Shown here one piece after another: positions 11,301 through 24,135 of a DNA stretch of 64,000 nucleotides (position 1 is the first letter of the stretch; each line of letters starts with the position of its first letter). Source of the stretch: Bugula neritina (lineage: Eukaryota; Animalia; Bryozoa). The position numbers and the translations under genes are program-made. The notes under the pieces were generated by a model. The model was given only the letters and a program-made list of their open reading frames with translations. It made no database searches and had not been told where the DNA came from. The stretch lies in NCBI GenBank assembly GCA_964035545.1, contig OZ037767.1, forward strand, positions 16,610,581 to 16,674,580. Reading direction: 5' to 3'.

Positions 11301-13424
11301 TGGCATGTGATTTTACATTTAAACTATTTCTAAAGCCGTAACTAATTGAAATTGCAATTTTTTCAAGTATAAAAATCAAGTCCTAGCTTAGTATACCTTT
11401 TTAATGCTAATATGGCATAGGATTTCTGTACATCTAAAAGAATATTTTTAACCACTCATGTTTTTGGGCAAGTAAGCATTGTTATAATTGATTCTTGCAG
11501 GTGACAGAGGAGTAAAAGGTTTAACTGGTGTTAAAGGAGCTCAGGGTGCTACTGGAAGTATGGGAGATAGAGGACTAGCAGGTGTAAAAGGTGCGCCTGG
11601 AAGTGTTGGAAGTCCAGGTTTGAGAGGAACACCTGGAATTAATGGCATACCTGGTGCTAAAGGTGCAAAAGGTGCTTCCGGTAGTGTTGGTAGACCCGGT
11701 GCTAAAGGTGCTACAGGTACTCCCGGTGTTAAAGGTTCAAAGGGAGTTCCTGGACTCAAAGGAGCGTCAGGTATAAACATTATGCATGTGGGTCGTCATG
11801 AGATTCTATATTCAAAGTAATATTTTAGTAACAGCCTAATGTAATATTGAAACACTCTTTCCTAATATGTATTGCAACGTTAGAAATTTTCACACACGCT
11901 GTTTATTGTAGGAGAGAATCGCACAGTTGAAGATATATTGGAAGGGATTTTTGGTCGTAAGTATTTATCTATAAGTCTAGTTTCCTAATAGTTTATATTC
12001 ATGTTCTTTAAAAGTTGGTAGTCTTGTTCCCTAATAGTTGACAGTATTGTTCTCTAATGGTTGATAGTCTTGTTCTTTACTAGCTGGCAAAAGAATGGCC
12101 TGCAGTGCTTTAGTTCCCTAATGGTTTATCTAATGTTTTAAAACTACAATCACTTTAATAAACAATCAGTAGTTTGGAAACTATATGATGCAAATTTGAA
12201 AAAGTTGAAGTAACTAAACTTTACTCAATTGGCAATAGTAAAATTGAAGTATATAATTATTGTGTTTGTTCAATCTTATACCAATTACTCATATCTCACA
12301 GGATTCACCAATTTATTCAATAGGGGAAGTCTTTCAGATCGGCACGACTTATTATAGTTACCATAGATATCCTGGGAAAACTTGGCAAGATGCCAAAACC
12401 TTCTGCATTCAAAAAGCAGGTGGAAAACTCGCACAGTTACCTACTTCAAGTACAGAACGTCAAAGTTTGTCTCACAAGCTGAGATCTGTTTCAAGTGTGT
12501 ACAAATCATATAGAACTATATATACTTTCACTGAGTCTAACAATCTACAGTTGTGTCTTACTACTTTGATTATCTGATAAACAGAAGTAAAACATCTGAT
12601 AAACACTAGAAGTTCAGTTTCTATCACCAATTATTTTGCTTTTCAGTACAGAATAGGTAGTACTGTTAATGTAGCGTTATTTCTGTAGCATTCAAATTTT
12701 CTAATACGATTATTTAAGTTATTATAATATACATATATTTTATGATAATGAAGGTGTAGAAGCAACACAAGCAAAGCATCTGTCGACAGTTTAAGTTGAG
12801 TGTTAACATTACTGGATATAGCTGATTTATCTATAATTCTTATTTAAAATAGAAAATATATTTGGCTTTGTGTTAGGTTAAAAGTTGCTTTATATTTAAG
12901 TAGGTACATTTCATAATTCTATAACATAGTGTTGCTATACTGGAAGTTCGTTGTCATTTGCAGGCGGTTATAACCACGTTTGGGTTGGAGCAAATAGATT
13001 TTCTGGCACTTTTAAATGGAATGATGGTAGTTCTATCTCTGACTCTCTCTGGTTTTATGGACAACCAAATAATTTTGGTAAGGTTTTCTCTGTACATTAC
13101 TTTGTTTATAACAAACATAGATTAGACAGTCTGAGAACGTAAAGAAAGTTATCTTGCCTTGTTACTGCACCAGATAAACCTGTCATAATTATATATAAGA
13201 AACCATCATAATATAGCATAGAGTACAATCTGCTACAAAAAAACAGTCAACTTTTTTTGCTGAATCACTGATGCTCTTAGTAACCTATTGCCCAATAATA
13301 AAAGATGTCCTTTGCTGTTCTAGGAGGCCAAGAGAACTGTGCTGAATTCTTGCTCAACTATGGAACACTCACTGATCGTGAATGTAATTTTCTGTGGCCT
13401 TTTCTCTGTCAAATATCTAGTTAG
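8324..13424 (+). CDS. Copy 2: type II TM collagenous C-type lectin (scavenger receptor class A / collectin-12-like architecture), ~674 aa, apparently intact
   Basis: GT-AG exons 8324-8326 (ATG), 9499-9885 (tail, TM ISLVFCIINLLLWVSLLLYGVF, coiled coil), 10080-10371, 10482-11123, 11501-11770, 11912-11956, 12324-12494, 12964-13077, 13324-13424. Total 2025 nt, in frame. CTLD motifs TWQDAKTFC, WVGA, WNDGS, QPN, C..LTD..C..FLCQ. Confidence 0.85.
9921..9978 (+). mobile_element. tRNA-like fragment (probable SINE head) in intron 2 of copy 2; homolog at ~48512-48565
   Basis: TGTAATGGTTAGC D-arm-like segment, CCTGC-TTACAA-GCGGG stem-loop, GGTTTTGAATCCC T-arm-like segment; no complete acceptor stem. Confidence 0.45.
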
Positions 13425-14152
13425 GAAGTGAGTCTACACATCAACCAATCAGCATCCAGTGACAAGCTTAGAGTAGAGTGAATTTGTTGTACTCTAGAAA
13501 TATTTGTTATAGACTACATCTTACCGTAATGTGATATTATCATACTATATCTTACCGTAATATGATAGCAGTATATACTATGTTATACTGCACTATGATT
13601 CCTATACATATATACCTGACGAATACACAATCTACATTGAATAAAATAGACTGTGCTAGTTTATAATATTTCATCTTAATGAGGTGCTTTAGCTGCTGTT
13701 TTATAAGTATTATTATACATAGTTACAATTATTGAATACAATAACATGTATATCTAGTAAATAACATTTAAAAAATACCTAACTTGCAGCATTATATTAT
13801 CTGTAAATTGCCAAATCAATGAAAAATTTATTGAAATGGAAATTGAAGTGTTCTATTTTATCAACTGTATAACACTCTGAAATAAATAAAAAAAACATAT
13901 AATAATTCTACAAGTTTTTAATAGCATAACAAATTGTATATCTTTATCAATGAGAAAGTGGTACTATAAGTTCTATATTGAATATTAATGTCTGCTTTTT
14001 GAGTTATTGTTATATAATCACATCGCAACTTATCTGACAGCTGCATATGGTGGGAATGGGAAAAAGAGCGCCTGCTTCCCCTGTCATTCTGATATATTCC
14101 CATTTACTATAATGACTCATCATTATATCAGTCAATCATATAAGTTTATCAT

Positions 14153-16437
14153 TTACCCTGATTCTTGCATTTTTGTAATGGGGGACTTTAATCAGCTTCC
14201 GATTAAACTTGATGGATACTATCAAACAGTTAAAACACCTACCCGCAACAATAAAATTCTTGATAAATGCTATATCAGAATCAAAGATGCCTTCAAACAA
14301 TGCCATCAACTTGCAAAGCTTGGTGGGTCAGATCCCTTTATAACACATCTCATACCAACCTACACACCATTATCTAAATACAAACCAACTTGAGTCACGA
14401 GACGTATATATTCTGAAGAGAACTGTGAAAAGCTGAAAGCAGCATTGGACATTACTATCTGGAATAATCTGCTCTCTGATGATGATAACATCCATCAACA
14501 AACTGAAATTGTAACAGACTATATGAACTTCTGCACAGATATTTGCATACCCACGAAAAGCTTCAGAACATGTACCAATCAGAAACCTTGGATTACTAAA
14601 CATATTACAGAAATGATCCATCAAAAACAAGTAGCCCACAAAGATGGAAACCGTAAACTATATAATAAGCTCAAACGTGACATCACCAGATCTATAACCA
14701 ACAGCAAAGTTAATTACTCTAAGAAAATTCAACTACAATTAGTAAATCAACCAGCCAAAGCATGGACTGATATAAAGAAAATAAGTGGTCTACCACACAG
14801 CAAGACAACTACTGCTAAAGCTAACCCATTTACACCTGATGACCTAAATACCTTCTTCACCCGATATGAAAAGCCTATATCTCATCAGCCTGTTTTTGAT
14901 AGAAACATTATCAGTGCACCTCCATTGGAAATATCAGAAGACGCTGTTCTCAAACAGCTAAAGGGACTAAACTCACGAAAAGGTGCAGGTCCTGATGGTC
15001 TCATTCCGAAAGTTTTAAAAATCTGCTGCTATCAACTAGCACCTGTCTTTACAAAACTGTTTACTTTCTCCATCCAATCTAAGACAACTCCAAATTCATG
15101 GAAATCTGCAATAATCAAGCCACTTCCTAAAGTCAAAAATCCTGAACTACTTAAACAATATCGTCCAATTGCTCTCACAAGCTGTATATGCAAAATGCTG
15201 GAAAGGCTCATCAAACACTACATTATAACTCATACATCTATGGACAAATATCAGTTCGCATATCGTACAAATCGCTCTACACAAGATGCGCTGTTATGTC
15301 TAACTACAACTGTGACAAGTTTCATTAATAAGAAAGCATCCAATTACGCAAGGTGCCTTTTTCTAGACTTCTCTTCTGCATTCAATACTATATCTATTCC
15401 AGACCTCATTACGCAACTAACTCATCTTGACTCCAATGTTACTGAGTGGATTTACAGCTTTCTTACAAACAGAGTACAGCGCACAGTAGTGGATGGCATA
15501 ACATCAAATCCAATCATAACTAACACAGGAACTCCCCAAGGGTGCTGTTTATCTCCACTATTGTTTTCTATCTACACTAATAGGATTACCTCAAGCCAGA
15601 GCAACATCACCGTAATTAAATATGCAGATGACACTTGCATTATTGGCTGCATTGGCAAACAGTCTGATCTAAATATTTACTTTGACGAGATTAAAAGAAT
15701 TTCTAATGTGATGATTTAAATCTATTATTAAACCCTAGCAAGACCCAAGAAATGATGTTCTCAACCCAACGTGCTAAACCTCATACCCCTGCTCTGGTAT
15801 TGAATGGAACAAACATTGTATTGTCTGAAAAAGTGAGATATCTTGGTGTGTTGGTGGATCAGAATTTGAGATTTCATGAACATGTACAATCAGTAGTAAC
15901 AACAGCATCAAGAAGAATGTATATTGTGAAGAATTTTGCGTATCTTAGCTCTAAACCTCTAGCAAATATGTTATTCAAAAGTTTCATCATGTCCCGCATC
16001 GCCTATTGTCTACCTACTATTTTTACTTGTATCTATGCCAGTGATAAAAAGGCTCTTCGAAGAATTCTCAAAGATTGCTCAAAACTCGGAATTAAGTATC
16101 TAAACATTGATTTGCACATTCAGAAACTCACTAAAGAACTTGCCATCAAATATATAATAGACAATGACCATTTCATCAATAACTTTCTGAGTCAATGCCC
16201 TTCTGGAAGATATCGAACCATCAAATATAGAGGGGCATGGGGCAGAGATAGCTTCTTGCGACATCTTGTAAATACTTTAAATAAATGAGCTTTTATTTTA
16301 AATAATCCAACAGAGTTTTGATTTTTTCTCTTATTTTTGTTCATTCCTACTTATTATAGCCAGTATTTACACTGAATTTTGCAACGTGTTGTCATGTTTG
16401 TGATATGTAATAAATCAATCAATCAATCAATCAATCA
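14153..16437 (+). mobile_element. 5'-truncated LINE (APE endonuclease C-terminus + RT; CR1/L2/Rex-Babar group), disabled
   Basis: Endonuclease motifs MGDFNQ and TPTRNNKILDKCY; RT motifs YRPIALTS, FLDFSSAFNTI, GTPQGCCLSPLLF, YADD. In-frame TGA at 14391-14393 and frameshift ~15710. AATAAA plus (AATC)6 tail. Empty site TTTATCAT|AGATTGTT seen at ~24697 and ~58952. Confidence 0.93.
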
Positions 16438-17856
16438 AGATAGTTATTAAATTCCCAAAGTACTCTGTCAATTCGAAATTCCCAAATATATGATACAGTT
16501 TAATTATTATAACACTGAGATTTATATGGGTTGTAATAACTTAATTGAATAACTCATCCGCTTTTGAATTATTAAAATCTATTACAACTTATAGATTAAA
16601 TTCTATTTACAATATTGCCAGGATTAAAACTAAAACACAATTTTTGCTCAAACACTTGTTTCTTGACCTTGAATACTCAAAATAAATAGCTTTGAATACA
16701 AACGGAATCTGGAATCCTCCATTACTAACAAAACAAAAGCTTCCAATAAAAATACAAAAGGCAAGGATAACATTGGAGTTGACTAATCACGATGGAAGTA
16801 GAATTTGGCTAGTACAGGAAATTAAGACTGTAATTTCCTCTCAAATGGGGGGTTGTCACAAATTCTACTTTATAAACTGTATATATATATATATCTCTTT
16901 TGTTATTTAGCTTACGCTCATAATTAGTGTGGCACACAAGTCTATGCAAGTATTATTGCGCAATAGTTGTTTACATTCTTAGTCACTTTTTATTGGCTAA
17001 TGAATAGTGCCTATTCTGCACGAGTCATGCACAGTGTCGAATGTGGTAGTATTTTCTAGACTTATCAATTTAGTATAAAAGCAGATGCTTTACTTGTAAA
17101 AGTAGGTTCATTTTCATAAGTTCATCTGTGCATATCTTGCTGCAGGAGAAATAAAGCCTACTTATATTTATAACTCTATTTACTCTCAACTGGATTGGCA
17201 AGCTGTATGCTACTTGTCTATACACTTCTGACTACCAGACTTTTCGAAATCGTCACACTACAACCATAGTATTGTGACAATAACTAATGTTTACACAAAC
17301 TAAATCTTAATATAAAGTTCCCAGCAAACTTGGTCATGTTATCTACACATCTGTGTAGATCTGTAATTTCAATACTTAAAGGTTATCAATATATAATTTT
17401 CTCTGATGAGTTCCTTTTCAAAATTTTTGAGCGTCACATTAACTGGGAGTGTATTTCAAATTATAGAAAGAGTGAACTTTGGTTTGAGTAAACCTTTAAA
17501 ATAATTTAACTTGACTTTTACTAAAATAAAAGAGCGGATTAAGTTTTAGAAACTAATAATTGGGGGTTGCATTATATAATTATTATAATCTATCATATCA
17601 ATTATAAAACATATTATTCTAAAACTCGCTAAAGTTTTACTATTATTTTCCTTCAACAAAGTGCATTGTTTGCATTATGATACATCGACATACTTTTTAG
17701 AACAAAATAAAACTATTATCTCCCCCCCCTCTTCTATCCATGTGTTTATATTATATAGAGTTGTATTGCTTTAGTTCAACATATAAACATATAAACCAAA
17801 AGACTCAGTTACATCTAACAGTTACTCTCACTTTCATCAGAGTGTACAACTTGAGT

Positions 17857-20800
17857 ATGGTAAGTTTCCTGTATATTCTAGTGTATTCCAACTATTGTAT
17901 TCCTATAATATTTATTTTCATTATTGCAAACAAATATAACAATTTGTTTCAAATTTATTGAATAGGGAACTTTGTTTACAAAACATAGCAATAATAATTT
18001 AACAGATTTGTATCAATACTATAAAATTGATAATTCATAAAAACTTTATGAAATGTGAATTAAATCTCTGTAATAACTTTTTAGTTAAAACTTTTGTTCA
18101 TCAAATTCAACATCTTATAGAACTTCATATTATAGTTGATAAAGATTAAATAATCTACACTATTGCTTTGACTTGTTAATATTTTAAAATACAGCAATTA
18201 CCATAATAAAAGCGTTTAAAAAACAAAACTAAAAAAAAAATTAATTATTATGTGAAAAAGCTAGTAAAATATATAAACTATGGAGTATGGAGTATATTGG
18301 TGACTAAATAATATAGTAAAGAGCAACTGTAATTATAGTTTTGCATTTTCAAGTACATAATGAAAATTTAGCACAAATATATAACTATTTGAAGTTACAT
18401 CTTTCTAAAGTATATAATAGATTAACAATAGGCAAAGATGAAATTTATTAAACAAGTGTTGCTTACACTGATCTCATGTAAACTAATTGAAATTATTTCT
18501 TTTTTTGTGAAACTTTTAATTTATGTTTATAGGAATTTCAACACAATTATGCAATTAAATGATTGCAAATCTCAACATTTATTTCTTTGCTGCATTCATG
18601 TTCTCGAACAGTAAATTAAATCAATATATTAGTACACAGGCAAATTCTTGAAATTATATTATAAATTTTCTAGTTTTATACATATAGACATGTAACACTA
18701 TCACGTATAGTTAAATGATTTCACATCTCAGTATATATTTTTATACTGCTCTCCAACAGTAAATTAGATGAATATATTAGTACACAGGATAACTCTCTTT
18801 TTCAACCAATATAATACTTGTTTGCTATAATATCTTACAGACTATATCCTAAACCCTTAGGCTATGCATGTCATTGTAATCATTTCAATAAATTTTAACT
18901 GAGAATAACAGTACTGACTCAGGGAGTGGTGAATCTCCATTTCTGATTGGTGGAGAGGTGGGATATAGCTTACGGTGAAAAGCAGTAATGATAAATATAT
19001 ATTTTACTTACCTGAAATTGCAATTACAGAGTAATCTATTCCATTGGTTGCAGGTGCTGTTTCATGAGAATAGAGAGGGAAATGAGTGGATAACTCCAGT
19101 CAGTACTTCTGACTCAACTACATCTGAACCAACTAGTATAGCAGAGATGGGTAGTGGTGAAACTGAGTTGCATTTAACCAATGAGAGTGTTCCATACACA
19201 TACACACAAAGTTCAGCCAATAGAAACAGCTCTAAGACAGAAGAAGGGAACCCCACAGTTCTACTCCACACTTCATTCAAGAATATGGAAAGTTCTTTGG
19301 GCTATGATGACACAGAGCTGCCTTTACCTGAGCAAATTGTCGAACTTCTAGGTAAAGTATATAATATTTATGTAGTATTGTGCGTTAATATGAATTAGCA
19401 AGTTTATGTTAATGGTTTATACACGATTAGCATTATTTATTATTTTATTCTGTTTCATAGCTTGTAGACAAGGACCAAAAGGTGAAAAAGGAATTAATGG
19501 AAAAGATGGACATCCAGGTGTTGATGGTGCGACAGGAGAGAAAGGAGAACCTGGCATTATGGGAGAGAAAGGAGTGTCAGGAGATAAAGGAGAGCACGGA
19601 CTTCCTGGTGTTGATGGCAGAATTGGTAGAAAAGGAGAACCTGGTAATAATGGTGAAGTTGGAGTGCCTGGATCAAAGGGTGAAAAGGGAATCCCTGGAA
19701 ATCATGGAGAAAATGGAGCTCCTGGTAGAAACGGAACCAACGGAGAAAAAGGAGTTCAGGGTTTGAAAGGTGATAAAGGTTTTCCTGGAAGGAATGGACT
19801 TCCTGGTGTAGATGGCATCGCTGGTGAAAAAGGAGAACCTGGTACTTCTGGCTCAGCCGCCACACCAGGATCAAAAGGTGATAAAGGAATGCCTGGAGAA
19901 AATGGAAGAAATGGAGCACCTGGTATAACACTGGTGCTAAAGGAGAGCCTGGTCAACCTGGAGCTCCGGGAGACAAGGGAATGATTGGTGAGAAGGGATG
20001 AAAAGGAATACAAGGACAGACTGGAGTAAGAGGAGTGACTGGCTTAAAGGGAGATCCTGGTAGAGCTGGTAGTCCAGGAGTCAAAGGTGAAAAAAGTGAA
20101 TGGATGATGTACATACAATACCCATCAATCTAACTTTTACTCTCATCAAGTTATTTCTACATAGCAGATTACATTATACAAATACTATACTAAGTAGCAT
20201 ATTGTATTATATGTAATATATTATCTTTTATTTTTTAACTTATTGTATTGCATTTAGAATATATTTCTATCAGTTTGGCATGTGATTTTACATATTTTAA
20301 ACTATTTCAAAAGCCCCAACTAATTGAAATTGCTATTCTTTCAAGTCTAAAAGTCAAGTCCTAGCTTAGTATACATTTGATTAAAGAATTAGAGGCCTTT
20401 TTAGTACGTATATGGTATAGAATTTTTGTACATTTTACAGAATATTTTAACCACTCATGTTTTTTATGAAAGAAATCATTGTTAGATTGCTTCTCTTGCA
20501 GGTGACAAGGGAATAAGAGGTTTAAATGGTGCTAAAGGAGCTCAGGGTGTCACTGGAAGAAAGGGAGACAGAGGGCTACCAGGTGCAAAAGGTGCTTCTG
20601 GAGGTGTTGGCAGACCAGGTTTGAGAGGAACACCTGGACTTAATGGCATACCTGGTGCTAAAGGTGCAAAAGGTGCTTCTGAAAGTGTTGGTAGACCCGG
20701 TGCTAAAGGTGCTACAGGTACTCCCGGTGTTAAAGGTGCAAGAGGAGTTCTTGGACTCAAAGGAGCACCAGGTATATACATTATGCATGTGGGTCGCCAT

Positions 20801-23800
20801 GGGATTCTATATTCAAAGTAATATTTTAGTAACAGGCTATTGTGTTATTGAAACACTCTTTCCTTATATGTCTTGCAGCATTAGAAATTTTCACCCAAAC
20901 ACTGTTTATTGTAGGAGAGAATTGCCCGGTCGAAGATATTTTAAAAGTGATTTTTGATGGTAAGTATTTATCTATAAGTCTTGTTCCTTAATAGTTGGTA
21001 GTCTTGTTTCCTAATAGTTGGTAGTCTTGTTCACTAATAGTGTATGCAGCATTTTAGTCACACTTGCCCTCAGGGATGTAGTGGTACCCATACGGTCCCA
21101 TACGCCGTATGGCCTAGAAGAAAATAGACTGTTCTAGGCCATACGCCCGTATGGGCATAATATTTTTGAAAGATGATTAGTGCACAGGATAGTGAGGGCA
21201 TCCTCACTGAGAATATCATAAATTTCGCTCACAATCTAATTTAAGTTCTTGTTGTGTTAATGCTATGTGGGTGGCATGCGTGTTGCCTACTTGTGATTGT
21301 TTAGCCTGAGATTACACTATGAATAATATGCAGCTATCCACATTCCATCTTCTCATCTCTAGGTGTTCATTGAAGCGCGAAGTGCTGTGCATTGGTGATT
21401 ACTAAGGAAACATAATTTCATTTTCAGTGTATAAATCACTAACTTGTAGAAAATCTATGAAGGCTATTGAAAAGATCAAAAAATTTGCCATGCATAAATT
21501 TCTCAGGTTTCCGACAGTGTTTGTTTTATTCAAATACCATGCTTTCCTGCTGAGATATTTGGCAGGGATTGAAAAATAAATTTTTCAGGTAAAATTGGTC
21601 AAAAATGGGTAGATTTTTGTCTAACTTTGCAAAAAAATATTGAAAACTCAAAAAAGCAGGTGCTCTGAGGAACAGGAAGATTTAAAACTTGGTTTTTAAA
21701 TTTCAATTCTAGCACAATTAAGTGAGGTTTTATTTTGCAGGACTGAATTCTTATAATATACCAATAATGTGGCCTCAGCAAGGCTGTGACAGCTAGAAGG
21801 TTGCCCTTATCTATCTTGTGTAGACTTGCATTTTGTCAATAAGCAACGGAATTTAGAAAAAGCCAACATGAAATCCAGAAATAACATCAAAATGTCTTCC
21901 AGAAACAGTACCAGCTGCACCTGTAGACCTCAGTGATAAATTTTCATTAGCCTCTCCTACACATGTGTAGGAAAGGCTAATGAAAATTTATCACTGAGGT
22001 CTACAGGTACTATATTCACATTTTGGTCAAAAACCTAGCGTTATTGCATGTTAATTATTAATGCAATAAGGTTTTGCAAACTGTACACCACCATAAGTAA
22101 CCTTTTATGTTGGATTGTACTAACGTCTGGCTTTACATTTAATAATCTTCTAGGTTAACACATATTAAACCTGTCAAATTTGTTCTTTTGGGGATATTTC
22201 CTTGATGTATCTAGTGGAAGCTCAGGGGTTTTATTTTAAAACCAAGTTAACATACTCTTCTTGGGTGTGCTTTATTGGGTGTAAAGAGGTGCGGCGGTAT
22301 CACCTTATGGATTAGACTAGTACTCTAATAAACTCCAAATAGGTTTTCAACCAATTTCTGCTTGCCAATGAGTTATCAATTCAAATTGCTCTTTATAAAT
22401 AACCAACACATTTTCTGATTAGCAATCTTCCTCTGTTCTGATCTATTATTCTTTTTCTGTGCACGGCATTGTATTAGTTATTTTAAGTAATCAGGTTGCA
22501 TTTAGAGAGCACTTGTTACATGCCTCTATCCTTCCATCTTTTTGAGATATTCAGCAATTTTTCTGTACAGGTTGGACTTAGTGTCAGAATAAACCTAACT
22601 GCAGTTGAGTAAGACTACATTACATTACAGTCAACAGGTATGAGACAAGACTGAATATTTATATAGTTTGCAGCAATGCCCAGTCGTCATGTAGCTGGTA
22701 TGGCATGAAAATAATAGCGAAATGCACATTTCAACACAGATTTTTTTCAGAAGAATTATAATTCACAATGGCTTTAAATTGCATAAATTTGCATCAGAAG
22801 CGCTCTGAGGGCTTCGGCGGCCGGGGCGCTGCCCCGGACCCCGCCGGGGGCCTGGGCGGCCCCCTGGACCCCCGGCCTGAGAGTATGGCCTAGAATATTT
22901 TTGCCACTACATCCCTGCTTGCCCTAATTCATAATATCAGCAGTTTAGAAACTATAATGCAAGTTTGAAGAGTTTGACCAATAACCTTCACTTAATTCGC
23001 AATGGTAATTGAAGTATATAATTATTGCATTTGTTCAGTTTTTTACCAGTTGCTCTTATTTCCCAGGCTTCACCAATGTATGTGTTTTTAAGGGGAAGTA
23101 TTTCAGATTGGCACCACTTATTATAGTTACCATGAAAGCCCCAAGAAAAACTGGCAAGATGCCAAAAACTTCTGCACACAGGAAACAGGTGGAAAATTTG
23201 CACAGTTACCAACTTCAAGTACAGAGCGTCAAAGTTTGTTGAACAAACTGAGATATTTTTCAGGTGCGTGCAAATCATAGAAATACAGATTTTATTTTAT
23301 TACTTTTCAGTACAGAGTGGGTGGCACTGCTGATGTAGCATTATTTCTGTCACATTCAGATTTTGTTATGCAATGAAATACATACGCATACATACATACG
23401 TATTTTATGATAATGAAGGTGTAAAAGCAATACACATAGATCAAAGCACAAGTAAAGCATTTGCTTAAATTTGTTAACAGAATAAATTGAGTATAGCTAA
23501 TCTATCTATAACCTATTTTAAAAAAATAAATAGCGTCTGACTTTGTGCTATGTTAGAAATTGATTTAATTGAGTTCCATTCATAATTCTACAACATTGCG
23601 TTGTTATACTGAAAGTTTGTTGTCATTTGCAGGTGATTATAATCGTGTTTGGGTTGGAGCAAGTAGAGTTTATGGCACTTTTAGATGGGATGATGGTAGT
23701 TCTATTGCTAACTCTCTCTGGGATCCTGGACAACCAGATAATTGGAGTAAGGTTTTCTCTGTACATTCCTTTGTGTATAACAAACATAGATTAGACAGCT

Positions 23801-24135
23801 CGAGAGTTATCTTGCTGTGTTGATAATTATTGCGTAATAATATACTAGTTAACAGTATAAAAGTTATAATTATACTGTATCAGATGAATATGTCATATGT
23901 ATATTATATATATAACAATCATAATAGCAGAAAGTATAGTTTGCTAAGAAAGGCAGTCCACTCTTTATGGTCCAATCACTGATGCTCTTAGTAAACTATT
24001 GCCCAATAATAACTGATGTTCTTTCTTGTTCTAGATGGCCAAGAGAACTGTGTTGAATTGTTGCTCAACTCTGGAAAACTCAATGATCGTGCTTGTATTG
24101 GAGAGCTGTCGTTTCTCTGTCAAATATTTAATTAG
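17857..24135 (+). pseudogene. Copy 3: lacks TM/coiled-coil exon, frameshift and stop in collagen; CTLD exons (QPD/LND) open
   Basis: ATG|gtaag at 17857. A deletion joins intron 1 to the middle of exon 3 at ~18899. 2-nt insertion ~19925 and TCA>TGA at 19999-20001. Neck exon and CTLD exons (~23093-23263, ~23633-23746, ~24035-24135) are in frame. Confidence 0.85.
21071..22917. mobile_element. Non-autonomous hAT-type DNA transposon (1847 bp)
   Basis: 14-bp TIRs CAGGGATGTAGTGG / CCACTACATCCCTG. Perfect 8-bp TSD CTTGCCCT (21063-21070, 22918-22925). Subterminal repeats (CCATACG, GTATGGCCTAGAA) and a GC-rich block at 22800-22880. No transposase ORF. Confidence 0.92.

Noticed and set aside
8324-13424. 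Assigning the gene symbol COLEC12
   Set aside because: Only the domain architecture matches; orthology cannot be shown from sequence inspection and convergent assembly is plausible.
13918-14152. Recurrent short minus-strand ORF MGIYQNDR.. and the N-terminal part of ORF 14007-14393
   Set aside because: The ORF has variable ends and is disrupted in some copies. The first ~49 codons of 14007-14393 are host flank fused by chance to the truncated LINE.
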